This document shows, one piece after another, positions 21,901 through 31,800 of a stretch of DNA of 64,000 nt; position 1 is the stretch's first letter, and every line of letters starts with the position of its first letter. The stretch is from an uncultured Verrucomicrobiae bacterium (GTDB lineage: Bacteria > Verrucomicrobiota > Verrucomicrobiia > Limisphaerales > Palsa-1400). A program made the position numbers and the translations under genes. The notes beneath the pieces were generated by a model. It was not told the origin of the DNA, did no database searches, and saw nothing but the letters and a program-made list of their open reading frames with translations. The stretch spans positions 512,001 to 576,000 of the forward strand of contig CAVXRD010000004.1 in NCBI GenBank assembly GCA_963764165.1, given 5' to 3'.

Positions 21901-24900
21901 GGGCGGCCAATTACAACATCACCTACGTCAACGGCACTCTGACAGTCAACCCTGCTGCCCTGACCATTTCCGCAAATAACGCGAGCAAGTATTTTGGAAG
22001 AACGCTCAATTTTGCTGGAACAGAGTTTGCGTCCGCAGGGTTGCAGAATGGAGACGTGATTCAATCCGTCACTCTGACCAGCGCAGGCGCGGCCGCTTCT
22101 GCTCCCGTGAACGGATCGCCATACCCGATATACGCAAGCGCGCCCATCGGCAGCGCATTTAATCCAGCCAATTACATCATTACCTATGAAAGTGGGTTGT
22201 TGACGGTCATTCCTGTTGGCGCCCCGCCGACGATTGTCTCCGTTTCACCCAGCGCTGGGCCAAATACGGGCAACTCGGTTGTAACAATTACTGGAACTGG
22301 CTTTGAAAATGGAGTTGGTGTGGCATTCGGCGCCGAACCCGCTTCGTTCGTCACTGTTCAAAGCTCGAATGTGCTGACCGTGGCAACGCCAGCCTCTCCG
22401 TCGGGGACAGTGGCGGTCACTGTCAATAATCCAGATGGAAACAGCGCGAGCGCCCCGGATGCTTTTGCTTTTGGAAACGCGCCCGCATTCACACTGCAGC
22501 CGGTCGATGCGACTGTTAATTTGGGTCAATCCGCGCAATTCCAGGTCGCCGCCACGGGCGATCCCACTCTCGCCTACCAGTGGCAATTTAACGGCGCTAA
22601 TCTTTTCGAAAGCAGCCTGACGGTTGGAACGAAAACACCCACTTTGACGGTCAACAATGTGGGGCCCGGAGATGTAGGGTATTTTCGCTGCGTGGTCACC
22701 AATTTGTACGCAAGAGTCGCCACGACCTCGGCCGTGCTCAACGTTATCGTCCCGCCATCCTCAGTTGCCGTCACGCCTCCTAACATTTCGATTGGGGCGG
22801 GCGGGACCGCCAGTTATACAGCAACGGCAAACGGCACGGGGCCATTAGCTTATTTGTGGTATCAGAACGGCAGCCTCATTCCCGGCCAGAACAGTTCTGT
22901 TTTGACAATTTCGAGCGCGCAGGCGAGCGCCAGCTATACGGTCGTCGTCTCGAATGCAGCCGGTTCAGTTGCCAGTTCGCCTGTCACATTGACGCTTCTT
23001 GGCTATTGCCCGAGCGTCCAGGTGGCGCAAACAGTGTATCCAGAAGGAACAGTCGTCATTCCACTTAGCGTCAAGACATTCGACTGCCAGACGAGCGCCG
23101 CCGTGCCGAATGCGACCGTTGACGTATGGATTTACACCGGAGGGACCAGCCGCGCGCTGCCCGTCACGACGGATGCGTCCGGAAATGGGACCGCGTATTT
23201 TTATCCACTCCCCATTGAAGTCGGCTTGTGCCAATATGCTGTGGCGCTGCCAGGCGTCACGCCTGCTTCAATCGCCGGATCATTCACGCTGATCGGTATG
23301 AATTTGAGCGCGCAATCTGAATCGGCCCATTTGAATGTTGGATTCCCGCAAACCAACACGGTGCTGCTGCAAAATCTAACCGCAGTGCCACTGACCGGCA
23401 TTACAGCGTCGGTCGTGGGGGCGCCCTCGGACCTTAATGTGCAAGTCAGCGCGCCCGGGTCAGTGGCCGGGAACGGAACGGTGGAAGTTACCTATATCAT
23501 AGAAGCTACCGGCAACTCGCCAGCGCAAGCGCAATTCTCTATTCAGTTTGCAAGTGTTGAAGGCGCTACAGCCACCCTGCCCTTCTACGCCTATATGCCG
23601 GCGCCGATGGCTCAATTGGCCGCCATGCCTGACTCGCTCGTGGGAACGATGATTGAAGGGAACCAGACATTGGTAGTGTTCACGCTGACCAACGCCGGCG
23701 CCGCCGCAACGGGGCCGCTGCAGGTCAGCATTCCGAACGTGCCGTGGCTGTCTGTGGTGACAGTCCAGCCTATCCCGTCGCTCGCACCTGGCCAAGGCTG
23801 CCAGATCATGCTGGCTCTGACACCGACCAACGGCCAGGGGCTGGGCGAGTATCCGGGCGAGCTCGTCGTCCAAGGCTCCAACTCCTTTGTAACCGTTCCA
23901 TTTGTCTTCACCGCCGTTTCGACGCTGGTGGGCAATCTTGTTGTGACGGTGCAGGACGAACTGAGTGTTTATGGCGCAGGCCAGCCGAATCTGGCGGGCG
24001 CCACCGTGGCGGTGAGCGATTTTCTGACTGGAACAAATGTGGCCAGTCAAATAACTGGTTCCAATGGGATTGTGACATTCAGCAATCTGACTTCGGCCTA
24101 TTACAATGTCTCAGTGCAAGCGTTCGACCACGGGAGTTTCAAGACCACGCTGTTGGTTGCGGCGAACACAAATACGCCGGTGACCGCGTTCCTGCCCTTG
24201 CAATTGGTCAATTACACTTGGACCGTCACGCCAACGACGTTTACCGATTCCTACGACTTTACCCTTACCACAGTCTTCGTGACCGAAGTTCCATGGCCTG
24301 TCATCACCGTGAGTCCCGGTGCGATCAATTTGTGCAATATGTCGGAAGGCGGCAATCAGGTTGATTTGGTGATTACGAATGCTGGATTGATCGCGGCTGA
24401 AGGTCTGCAGCTCGCGATTGATGACTCGAATACGAACTGGTCTATCGTGGCTCTGGTGACAAATCTGGGCAATCTCGAAGCTCAGTCCAGCATTGCCATA
24501 CCGGTTGTGATAACACAAATCAGATCCAATACGGATGCAAGCGTGCCAACCAGCATTCCCGCCAGCGTCAATTGGTATGTGGCGGCCTTGAATGGAACCG
24601 AGTACAACAGCACGCCCATTTTCATCTACAACGCCAATCCGCTGAATTGCGACCCGGTTGTGGGAAGCAGCACGCCGGTAACCGGAGGCATCGGGGGTGG
24701 AGGCGGCGGCGGCGGCGGCGGTGGCGGCGGTGGTGGGATCTACGGCGCTGGAATCGGCGGTGGCGGCGGAGCTGGTTCAAGCCCCGGCCAGCCGGTCATC
24801 TCGCAGCCTAATTACAACTTTCCGCCGCCAGCCAATGGCGCTGTGGTCTCGGTCACGCTCCAAATCGACCAGACGGCCGTCATTGAGGCGAACGGGTTCC

Positions 24901-27248
24901 ATGCCACGCTCAATCTGGCCAACAGCTCCGGCGCGGAAGTCACCGACCTCAAAGTGACAATCAACCCGCAAAATCCCGATCACACGGCTGCGCCCGATGC
25001 GTTCTTTATCCAGACGCCCATGTTAACTGGCGTGAGCGGGGTCGATGGCAGCGGCTCGCTGGCCGATGGCGCGTCAGCCCAAGCCAGTTGGCTGATCATT
25101 CCAACCACCAATGCGGCTCCGAATGGATCGACCACTTACGCCATTGGAGGAAACATTTCCTATTCGATCAATGGCGAACAAGTGAATATTCCTCTATTCG
25201 CCGTGCCCATCACAGTGCTGCCGGAGCCGAAGTTATATCTCGATTACTTCCTGCAGCACGATGTTTACAGCCAGGATCCGTTCACGACCGTTATTGAGCC
25301 CCCTATTCCTTTTGCCTTGGGACTTCGCGTCCGCAATCTAGGATTGGGAATCGCCAATGACTTCACCATCACCTCAGCGCAACCCAAGATTATCAACAAC
25401 GCGAATGGACTGCTCATCAGCTTTCAGATTATCTCCTCGGATGTTGGCACCAACATGACACCGGTGCCGTCGCTGACGCTGGACATGGGAGACATTGACC
25501 CGGGCACAAACGTGGTTGGAATTTGGTGGCTGACCGCATCATTGGAAGGCGACTTCACCAACTTCCAAGCCACCTTCCAGCATAGCGATGCCTTGGGAGG
25601 ATTGGAAACGTCTCTTGTCAACAGCGTCAAGATCCATGAAATGAATCACGTCGTGGAAATCACCTACCCAAGTGATGATGGCATCCCTGATTTTCTTTGC
25701 AACGACACCACCCATGTAGACGCCCTCCCCAATGACGTCTACTCGAGCGACGGGAACGTCTATCCGGTGACACCGCTCACAGGCGCGGTGGCGACTGGGT
25801 CAGCAGAAACTGTCGGTTCCTCCATTACTGTCAGCGATGTGGCGGATTTCATTCCCACTGGGTTTGTCTATTTCGAGGTGCATGATCCCTCGGAAGGCCA
25901 GTTTGCCATCACCAGCGTTGTTCGTTCGGATGGCACCCAATTGCTTGTCGGGCCGAATGTCTGGCAGACTCCTTATCGGCCCAACATGGTGCCGCCGCAG
26001 CTCAGCAATTTGATCCACATTTTCGATTCCAATTCCACGGGGTCGTACACGATCACTTACGGCCTCACAACCGCAAAACCCATTGCCACGACCCTGGCGG
26101 CGAGGAATGTCACCTCGACGAGCGCGACGTTAGACTCCCAGGTAAATCCGGAAAGCGGCACAACGGAGGTTCATTTCCAATGGGGCTTGACTACAAATTA
26201 CACCGCAGCCACCGCGACCGAAACATTGTCGGGAAATCTGGGATCGGAGCAAGAGGTGACCGCATTCATCAATGGATTGCCGCCGGGCGTCACCATAAAT
26301 TACCAAGTGGTGGCGGCCAACAGCGCCGGGACAACCTACGGCTCCAACCTAACATTTACGACGCCATCGCTGCCGCCGCTTGAGATCGCGCAGGTTACTC
26401 CGCAATTCGCGACTGTCGGGCAAAATCTTGTGATTTCCAACACGGTGATTGCGGCCTTCCCGCCGGTTACGTTTAGCTTGGCCGCCTCCGCGCCTGCCGG
26501 CGCCGCCATTACAACTAACGGCGTCTTTAGCTGGAGCCCGACGTGTGAGCAAGGAAGCTCGTCGAACGAAATCACCATCTGGGTAACCGACAGCAGCGTT
26601 CCGCCATTGAGCAACTCGATGACATTTGCCGTGACGGTGAGCGAATGTGTTGAATTGGCCATTGGGTCGTCCGCCGCTCAAGTCGGGCAGCCAGGCACAG
26701 TTTCACTGGCGCTTTTCTCCACCGTCGGTTTGACCAATCTCACCTTTGGCATCGTGACCTCGCCGAACCGCCTTGGAGATTGGACGTTCACTTCGGGCAA
26801 CGCATCGGTTGAGGCTGGAATAGTCCAGACCGCCGGCACGTATCCGACATTCACGTTGCTTGCGGAGGCTGGAAAGACCCTGCAAAGCCCAGCCTTGCTG
26901 GGAACCATCGGTTTTACCCCGCTCCCGGGCGATTCGGGTTTTGTCTCGGTGGCAGTAACGAACGTTGTTGGCGCGAAGGCAAGCGGCGGCACGGCTGGGA
27001 GTGTCAACAGTTCACCGGGTCAGGTGGTGATCGTGGGATTGCATCCGCTTCTCGTGGCCGCCTTGCAATCGAACACAAATCGAACGCTGACGCTCTACGG
27101 CAACACGGGATCCAATTACCAACTCGGCTTCAGCACCAATCTGGCTTCCACAAATTGGCAATCTGCTGGAACGATTGTTATGACCAACCTCCAGCAAAAT
27201 CTAAATGTCGACCAGTCGACGCCGCACATCTTCTATCGCATCCAGTAG
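15930..27248 (+). CDS. Giant 3772-aa surface/adhesin-like protein: beta-helix-like repeats, MBG, 2x LamG, IPT/TIG, Ig, poly-Gly linker, cohesin-like, C-terminal FYR domain
   Basis: Signal peptide; 6 copies of LTN(F/L)GTVNWG...IYNYG; MBG (TYAGFVNGET); LamG (WSHVAVTY..FDGSIDEV); IPT (SVSPSAGPNTG); ends IFYRIQ. Confidence 0.9.
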   Translation: MNQPPSFRASIVMLLAFLALAVEPANADTVSWVNTTGGNWSLGANWSTGQAPGPGDTAIIDAPGTYNVTLDTGVTIAGLVVGSSGGTGTQTLLTGSQTFTVNGGIQVYANGQFYVNGGAFAGTSVLTGTMTWSGGDMDCNLTVTTNSVFNIAPGGGNAMKGFVLTNFGTVNWGYTTIYSFAPYNAQIYNYGLWQAQNDNGFAGGYQGGTTLFNNYGTFLKSGTSGTSTLDGAVVFNNTGTIAVQSGTLAIQGGGDSANSSCSVETNAVLLVENMELSGSTTITGGGVAELGGTTTINGVLSAPNVALVNGSLSGTNVFTGTLTWSGGDMDCNLTVSTNSVFNIAQGGGDAMKGFVLTNFGTVNWGYATIYSFAPYNAQIYNYGLWQAQNDNDFAGGYQGGTTLFNNYGTFLKSGTSGTSTLDGAVVFNNTGTIAVQSGTLAIQRGGVGTNSSFSAATNAVLLVENMELSGCTTITGGGVAELGGTTTINGVLTAPNVALVNGSLSGTNIFTGTLTWSGGDMDCNLTVSTNSVFNIAPGGGDAMKGFVLTNFGTVNWGYATIYSFAPYNAQIYNYGLWQAQNDNGFAGGYQGGTTLFNNYGTFLKSGTSGTSTLDGAVAFNNLGTVTVESGSLNLTTGSGAGAIFQTDGGAIIRFANFAFTNQNLFSGTGNYLVGNTTFGGVISGSLNWAGGNVSGGLTVASNSALNILPGGGNSMVGLLLTNFGTVNWGSTTLYCVAPNNAQIYNYGVWFAQADNEFAGGYNGGTTPFYNFGVFLKSGTAGTTTLDGALVFKNTGMAIVQSGTLAINSGAGTGGHFSTVGGGNIYFANYTFAGTNTLAGPASYLIGDATFAGTIEGTLGWVGGSLYGVMTVDTGSVLSILPGGGNAMRGLTLTNLGTVNWGSTTLYSAAPNNAFIYNYGVWTAQADNGFEGGYNGGTTPFYNFGTFSKSGTTGTTTLDGAVVFNNTGTAIAQSGVLAVNSGTGFGGNFSTAAGGNIYFANYTFAGTNTLAGPANYVTGSATFAGAIEGTLGWVGGSLYGVLTVDNGSVLNILPGGGNGMNGLALTNLGTVNWGNTTLYSYSPNNAHIYNYGVWTAQADNGFQGGYNGGTTPFYNFGTFTKAGTSGTTTLDGNVTFNNTGTINAQSGILSLAGSYSLAGGAMNFGVNGSNTSGMVALSGNPATLAGAVSAIFNNGYVPALGDQFPILSFTSLNGVFSNTNLPGGISISYGNASASLVVTSAFVGPIIAWLPPAPVVYGTVLDSNQLNATANVPGTFAYNPPAGATLPAGLQTLSVVFNPTDNVNYNAATNTVSLSVLPAPLSITANDVFVPYGSTIPALTATYAGFVNGETAAALNGSPSLTTTATAGSPGGVYPITAALGTIKDLNYTYAFHPGTLTIEESQCLPPPPGLVAWWPGNGNASDATGEDAGILEGGATFANGIAGQGFSFDGTGYVEVGDKLDLNMSNSFSFEGWIYPTGAGTGGATGGIIINKEDEYEVARFADGHINWAFANSSPGWTWIESSAVAPLNEWSHVAVTYNNGQVNTYLNGSLASSYDGEGSIGIYADPGITNDFRIGGRSGNSEFFDGSIDEVSIYNVALAADEIAAIYTAGSAGKCLPKNDCAYPPQGLVSWWQGDGNALDLISQNNGTLETGVTFSPGVVGQAFGFNGSTAWVDISNSASLNPTGPFSVEFWVNASQTQSGDHFLVADKSHGFTDSSGWLFQGVSANGTLFFGYGIGGSGFDNFPGVSTIRSVLDATWHHVAGVWTGTQIQLYLDGVLQGSVSESTPPVNNTRDVEFGSSWGGGSRTRFFNGMLDEVSYYNRALTSNDVASIYNAGSAGKCLPTTLTITVNSTNMTYGGTVPPLSLSYSGFVNGDTPSSLAVAPSLSTTATSTSHAGIYSIIASGAVDPNYNIVYVQGTLTINPAPLTITANDATNIYGQTSQLPGTAFTSVGLLNGDTIPSVTLISAGSLPTAGAGTYSITPTNAAGPRAANYNITYVNGTLTVNPAALTISANNASKYFGRTLNFAGTEFASAGLQNGDVIQSVTLTSAGAAASAPVNGSPYPIYASAPIGSAFNPANYIITYESGLLTVIPVGAPPTIVSVSPSAGPNTGNSVVTITGTGFENGVGVAFGAEPASFVTVQSSNVLTVATPASPSGTVAVTVNNPDGNSASAPDAFAFGNAPAFTLQPVDATVNLGQSAQFQVAATGDPTLAYQWQFNGANLFESSLTVGTKTPTLTVNNVGPGDVGYFRCVVTNLYARVATTSAVLNVIVPPSSVAVTPPNISIGAGGTASYTATANGTGPLAYLWYQNGSLIPGQNSSVLTISSAQASASYTVVVSNAAGSVASSPVTLTLLGYCPSVQVAQTVYPEGTVVIPLSVKTFDCQTSAAVPNATVDVWIYTGGTSRALPVTTDASGNGTAYFYPLPIEVGLCQYAVALPGVTPASIAGSFTLIGMNLSAQSESAHLNVGFPQTNTVLLQNLTAVPLTGITASVVGAPSDLNVQVSAPGSVAGNGTVEVTYIIEATGNSPAQAQFSIQFASVEGATATLPFYAYMPAPMAQLAAMPDSLVGTMIEGNQTLVVFTLTNAGAAATGPLQVSIPNVPWLSVVTVQPIPSLAPGQGCQIMLALTPTNGQGLGEYPGELVVQGSNSFVTVPFVFTAVSTLVGNLVVTVQDELSVYGAGQPNLAGATVAVSDFLTGTNVASQITGSNGIVTFSNLTSAYYNVSVQAFDHGSFKTTLLVAANTNTPVTAFLPLQLVNYTWTVTPTTFTDSYDFTLTTVFVTEVPWPVITVSPGAINLCNMSEGGNQVDLVITNAGLIAAEGLQLAIDDSNTNWSIVALVTNLGNLEAQSSIAIPVVITQIRSNTDASVPTSIPASVNWYVAALNGTEYNSTPIFIYNANPLNCDPVVGSSTPVTGGIGGGGGGGGGGGGGGGIYGAGIGGGGGAGSSPGQPVISQPNYNFPPPANGAVVSVTLQIDQTAVIEANGFHATLNLANSSGAEVTDLKVTINPQNPDHTAAPDAFFIQTPMLTGVSGVDGSGSLADGASAQASWLIIPTTNAAPNGSTTYAIGGNISYSINGEQVNIPLFAVPITVLPEPKLYLDYFLQHDVYSQDPFTTVIEPPIPFALGLRVRNLGLGIANDFTITSAQPKIINNANGLLISFQIISSDVGTNMTPVPSLTLDMGDIDPGTNVVGIWWLTASLEGDFTNFQATFQHSDALGGLETSLVNSVKIHEMNHVVEITYPSDDGIPDFLCNDTTHVDALPNDVYSSDGNVYPVTPLTGAVATGSAETVGSSITVSDVADFIPTGFVYFEVHDPSEGQFAITSVVRSDGTQLLVGPNVWQTPYRPNMVPPQLSNLIHIFDSNSTGSYTITYGLTTAKPIATTLAARNVTSTSATLDSQVNPESGTTEVHFQWGLTTNYTAATATETLSGNLGSEQEVTAFINGLPPGVTINYQVVAANSAGTTYGSNLTFTTPSLPPLEIAQVTPQFATVGQNLVISNTVIAAFPPVTFSLAASAPAGAAITTNGVFSWSPTCEQGSSSNEITIWVTDSSVPPLSNSMTFAVTVSECVELAIGSSAAQVGQPGTVSLALFSTVGLTNLTFGIVTSPNRLGDWTFTSGNASVEAGIVQTAGTYPTFTLLAEAGKTLQSPALLGTIGFTPLPGDSGFVSVAVTNVVGAKASGGTAGSVNSSPGQVVIVGLHPLLVAALQSNTNRTLTLYGNTGSNYQLGFSTNLASTNWQSAGTIVMTNLQQNLNVDQSTPHIFYRIQ
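16320..17790 (+). repeat. Near-identical 576-bp tandem repeats inside the giant CDS
   Basis: GACATGGATTGCAATCTGAC recurs at about 16335, 16911 and 17487. Shadow ORFs in the track are offset by exactly 576 bp. Confidence 0.9.
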
Positions 27249-27451
27249 ATTCGACTTTGCCGAGGCGAGGCAGGGGCGCTTCGCCCGGGCGTTCCTGTCT
27301 GTTTTCATGCCGTCCCACAATCCCAAAGGGAGAATGGCGCTTACTTAAGCGCAAAGCCGAGATATGCAAAGATTTGGGAAGGGCCATTCCGAGCGCGGTT
27401 AGGCGCGGCGCGGCACATTTGGACCGGCACGCGGAGCGCGACAAGTTGACC

Positions 27452-27518
27452 GATGCCGCTCCTACGGAGCAACGGGCATTGTTTGGCTTTGCCTACAGAT
27501 ATTCCGTGCCTCGGCGCC
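27452..27518. repeat. Degenerate REP-like element, GCCGCTCCTACGGAGC family
   Basis: GATGCCGCTCCTACGGAGC hairpin followed by a decayed second copy CTACAGATATTCCGTGCCTCGGCGC. Confidence 0.45.
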
Positions 27519-27589
27519 AAGAATCGATTGGTTCTTTGACGATTTCGGTGGAATAGCAGTGCAAAATTTCATTCATTTCGGCCAGGAAA

Positions 27590-27753
27590 CTCTGCGCCCT
27601 CGGCGTCTCTGCGCGCGATTGCCTTTAATGCCACGATCAAAAGCAACTCGTTCTTATCTTGGTCTGAAACGAATCAAGGACGGCATCACCATTATCGACA
27701 ACGGCCTGCAAGAGGGAAAAGAACTATCGCGCAGAGAAGATGAGTGCGCAGAG
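27590..27753. repeat. Imperfect inverted repeats (CTCTGCG family) flanking a short gene fragment
   Basis: CTCTGCGCCCTCGGCGTCTCTGCGCGCGAT (27590) versus ATCGCGCAGAGAAGATGAGTGCGCAGAG (27726). Confidence 0.55.
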
Positions 27754-27859
27754 GAACAAAAAGACAACCATGCACTCCACTGAAAAACAGAGAAGAACCA
27801 TTGAACGGGTGCCGTGACACGCTTTTCACCGTCTGCTCACACCGAGACCGACAAACTCG

Positions 27860-28717
27860 TCATTGCCAAAGGTTGTTGGGGTACATCGTATTCCACAGTT
27901 GGTGGAGGTCTTTGTCATTGAGAGTTGTCGTCGCGAAAGGATCAGAGGAGGTATTTACCCTGATGTTCTGGGTGGTGGCCATGAGCCATTTCATCTTGGC
28001 CGCGTGGCCATCGGCGTACGATAGCTGCCCAAAATTGCCATGCCTGCTGCTCGGCACGTTCCGCCAGCCGGGGCCGAAGCTTGTCTCATCCAAGGCGAAA
28101 TAACCGTCGTCGATGCTGCACGTGCCTGGATTGGGCGAGGCCTGTTCCTCGATGAAAAGCGAGGCCGCCGCTGGGCCGGGATTGATAGTGCTCTGGAACC
28201 TCAAAACCGCGGGCGTTGTATGCACCCCCTGAATGGTTCCGTTGTCTCCCATCATGCAACTCATTGAGTAACTGCGATTGCGAAAGCCAACAACAACCTT
28301 GTCCTGGTCGGAAGGGCAGCGATATATCCCGTAGGATTTATTGTAAGGCCAAATCATGGCCTCCGTGATATTGAGCATGTTGGTCACGCCATCGTAACCG
28401 CTCCGCCCGCTGACATCTCCCGAAACCCATGTGTTGGTTTCCCGAATGTCGGTCGTATCATCGCCTGGATTGCTGTTCGGAGGAATATAATCGCGATTGT
28501 CCGCGGCGTAGAGGTGGGCGGCCACCGTGAGTTCCTTTAAATTATTGATGCAACTTGTTGCATTAGCCGTGTCCTTGGCTTTGCTCAAAGCGGGCAGCAA
28601 CAATGCCGCCAAAATAGCAATGATCGCGATCACCACCAATAGTTCTATGAGCGTAAAGCCGCAGTGGCTTCGACCGTCTTGCTGCTGGTTGTTTTGCAAT
28701 CTGCTCGCGGTTTTCAT
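27860..28717 (-). CDS. Prepilin-type N-terminal cleavage/methylation protein, H-X9-DG
   Basis: [53 protein letters not shown]. Confidence 0.9.
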   Translation of the reverse strand: MKTASRLQNNQQQDGRSHCGFTLIELLVVIAIIAILAALLLPALSKAKDTANATSCINNLKELTVAAHLYAADNRDYIPPNSNPGDDTTDIRETNTWVSGDVSGRSGYDGVTNMLNITEAMIWPYNKSYGIYRCPSDQDKVVVGFRNRSYSMSCMMGDNGTIQGVHTTPAVLRFQSTINPGPAAASLFIEEQASPNPGTCSIDDGYFALDETSFGPGWRNVPSSRHGNFGQLSYADGHAAKMKWLMATTQNIRVNTSSDPFATTTLNDKDLHQLWNTMYPNNLWQ

Positions 28718-28809
28718 TTGAATAGCTTTTTCAACTAGTTTGCCCGGGGACTTTTGCCCCCGGGCATTTAACATTAACATCAATCTTTCGTCAACTTAGA
28801 ACCCTTTGA

Positions 28810-31800
28810 TTACGGGACTTGGGCCGGGCCAAACGGCGTCTTCAACTGCAGCTCGAAAAACGCGTCCGCGTTGTTCGTTGTCGACACGGTGGTCTGAACC
28901 TGGCTCCCAACAACGACACTGGAAACCGTCGACGCAGGCACCCATGGCCCGGTCAGGTTGGTGCTTTGCATCAGTTGGAACAGCGGTGACACAGTGACGG
29001 GCACGGACACAATCGCTTTTCCGCCGGTCGACGGCGTGATGGCCAGCGTTGGCGCGGTGGTGTAGGAGAATATGAAGTCCGAGATATATTCAAACGAGGA
29101 AATCCCGCCGTCCGCGCCCGTAAATCCAACGTAGGCGCTGCCGTTCCCGATCGTGCCGAGAATATCAATCGCCACGTTGGTGGTGAAGGTTCCGGCTGAC
29201 GGATCGATAAAGGTGAGCTCCAAATTGTCGTTCTGATAATACATCTGAACGTAGATCCAGTCACCGCTGGCGATGTTGATCGGCCCCGTGCTTGAGTACG
29301 GGCCGGCATTTGTGCCATCAACAGCGATGTCGATTCCGGGCGCACCCACGGAACCGCTGTAGACGTCCAATTCAATTGCCACGCTTGGCGATATTCCAAG
29401 GTAGCCAAGGCCGCCGCCACCCGCGCCGACTGCGGTCACGCCGGTCGGTGAATTCTGCAAGGTGAAGGTCGCTCCGTCAGCGCCGCCGCCGCCATGATCT
29501 TGATACCAGAATGAGCCAACAAATCCACCCACATACTGTGCGGCATTATAGAACGCGCTGTTCGCTTCGCCGCCAAGTCCGAAGGTCAATTCGATCTGAT
29601 TCGAGGCAGTCAGAGTCGCCACCGAGGCCGAGCCAGAACCGGCGTTGAAGCTCCAATTGCTGCCGCCGCCAATGATCAGAACAGGCGGAGGCGTGGTTTC
29701 GCCCACAACGCTCGCCGTGGAACTGAACGTGGCGCCGTATTGGTTGGATACCGCCACGCTGTAGCCATTCGTTCCGGCCAAAGCAGCGAACGAATAGGTG
29801 GTATTGGTCGCCCCGGAAATTGGTGCGCCGTTGAGGAACCACTGGTAAGCGACCGATGCCGATCCTCCCGAGCCAGCGACAGAGTAATTCAGCGCCGTCC
29901 CTACCGGAACGTCCGACAGCAGAGGTGTCAAGTTCGTCGTCACCTGCGGCGGCGGGTAGGAGGTGGCAGCAGTTCCAAACACGCTGATCTCGCTGTAGCC
30001 GGAATAGCCATTCGGCACTCCAGGCGGAACGGTGAAGTCGACATAGATTGCGGCGACGTTGCTCGCCAGCAACCCGGACACGGGCGTGAACGTTGCACGA
30101 AGGACAGATTCCGTGTTGTTGGGCACCGCGGGGTTGTTGGCCACTTCGACCAAGGGGATGAAGTTCGTCGGATTCTCGATTGTCGAATAGGAGATCGTGT
30201 AGTACTGGGCGTCACGACCATTATCGTTCCAACCACCAGCGATTTCGAGTTTTGAAATGTTATCGCCATACGCGTTTGCATCCGGCAGCGAATACTCCAC
30301 GAACTGTCCAGCGTTCGGGCCACAAGTGGCAAAGGCCGGATGCGGTCCATTCGGGTTCATTTGGCCGTAATTGCCGTCCGTCAGAACCGGCAGGCCACCG
30401 GCTTGATCGTTGCTCAAGGGATCCGTGTCAGGGTCCTGGAAGTTGCCATTACCTTCGGCGACCGGATAAGCACCATAGATCAAACTCGCGCTGAGGGAAG
30501 ACGTATCCCAAGTCGGCCCAAACGTCGAATAATGCGATGTCTGGTAAGCCCAGGCGGTGACAATGTTGTTCGTCGCCGCCGGCATCGGGTCAACCTTGAC
30601 TGCGGTGGAACTGCTCACATTTGATCCCGAGGAATTATAAGCGGCAAGGTAGTAACTGCCAGTCATATTGGCGGTTAGCGGGCTCAAGTTCAATGTCGAG
30701 GACGTGGCGCCAGGCACGGCCACGCCATTCTGGAACCATTGGTAACTGTTAGCGCCACTAAAGGTGGCAGTAAGAATAATCTGGCTGCCAATGACGTCCT
30801 CCGCCGTCAAAACGTTAATGTCCTGCGTCAGCACCGGCACCGGCAAAGAGGGGTGCCCGCCCAGGCTGATTTCAGAGTAGCCTTCCCACCCGTTCTCAGC
30901 CTGGTTTCCTTGGAAGAAGAAGTTAACGAGAACGTAGGCGACGTTGTGAGCCAAAGCTCCCGAGGCTGGAATCATCTCTGTTCGCGTGGCCGAAGGCACG
31001 CCATTCGGGTTCGCCGGCAGGTAACTGACGGTCGGCAGCGGAATGAACGTTGAAGGATTCAAATAGGTTGCATAGGAAACTTGATATTCCTGTTGATCAC
31101 GACCGGAGTCACCCCAGCCGCCGTAAACCGTGACGTTGGTCAAATCCCATCCGAGCGATGCTGAGGAAGGCAGTGTGTAGGTTACTGAAATGCCGCCTTC
31201 ATTCGCCCCGCCAGCGGTAACCTCGGTCGGACTATCACCCACCCCGGGCCAATAAGTAATGTACCCGATTTTACCGTCTGTGAGCAAATCGGGCAGGGCA
31301 TTGGTGTAGGCATCCAGAGACAACAAATTAGCCTCGTTCCAGTTGCCGCCGCCGTCCGTCACATCGCCCGCTTCTTCCGTGTAGCCATAAATCAAGTCGG
31401 CGTTTGTGTCGATGGTCCACGTTGGATAAAAGTTAGTTGAAATTCCCGTTCCGCCCGGCCAGCCCAGTTGGTTGGCTTCCGTGATGATAAGGCCGTTGGT
31501 CGCCGCCGGAAGCGGATTCACCGTCACCGGCACTCCGGTGCTGTAGGAATAGCCGCCACCGACGTGGTTTGTTGCGTTGACAGCCTGAAGTTGATAAACG
31601 CCCGAGTTATTAGTGGTCAAACCGGAGATAAAGAGTGTGTTGGTCGTGTCCCCGAGCGTGCCGGGCGTGGTGACGGGAGATCCCACATTATTCGTCACGC
31701 CGTTAACAACCTGCTGCCATTGCAAGACAGCCGGGGGTGAATTACTGAAAGCAGCCGAAAGGGTCAATGAATCGCCCACCACCGCGATTTCGAGCGCGGG

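Noticed and set aside
28741..28766. GC hairpin between the lectin gene and the pilin gene as a terminator
   Set aside because: No U-tract on the coding (minus) strand; could be a stability hairpin but unsupported.
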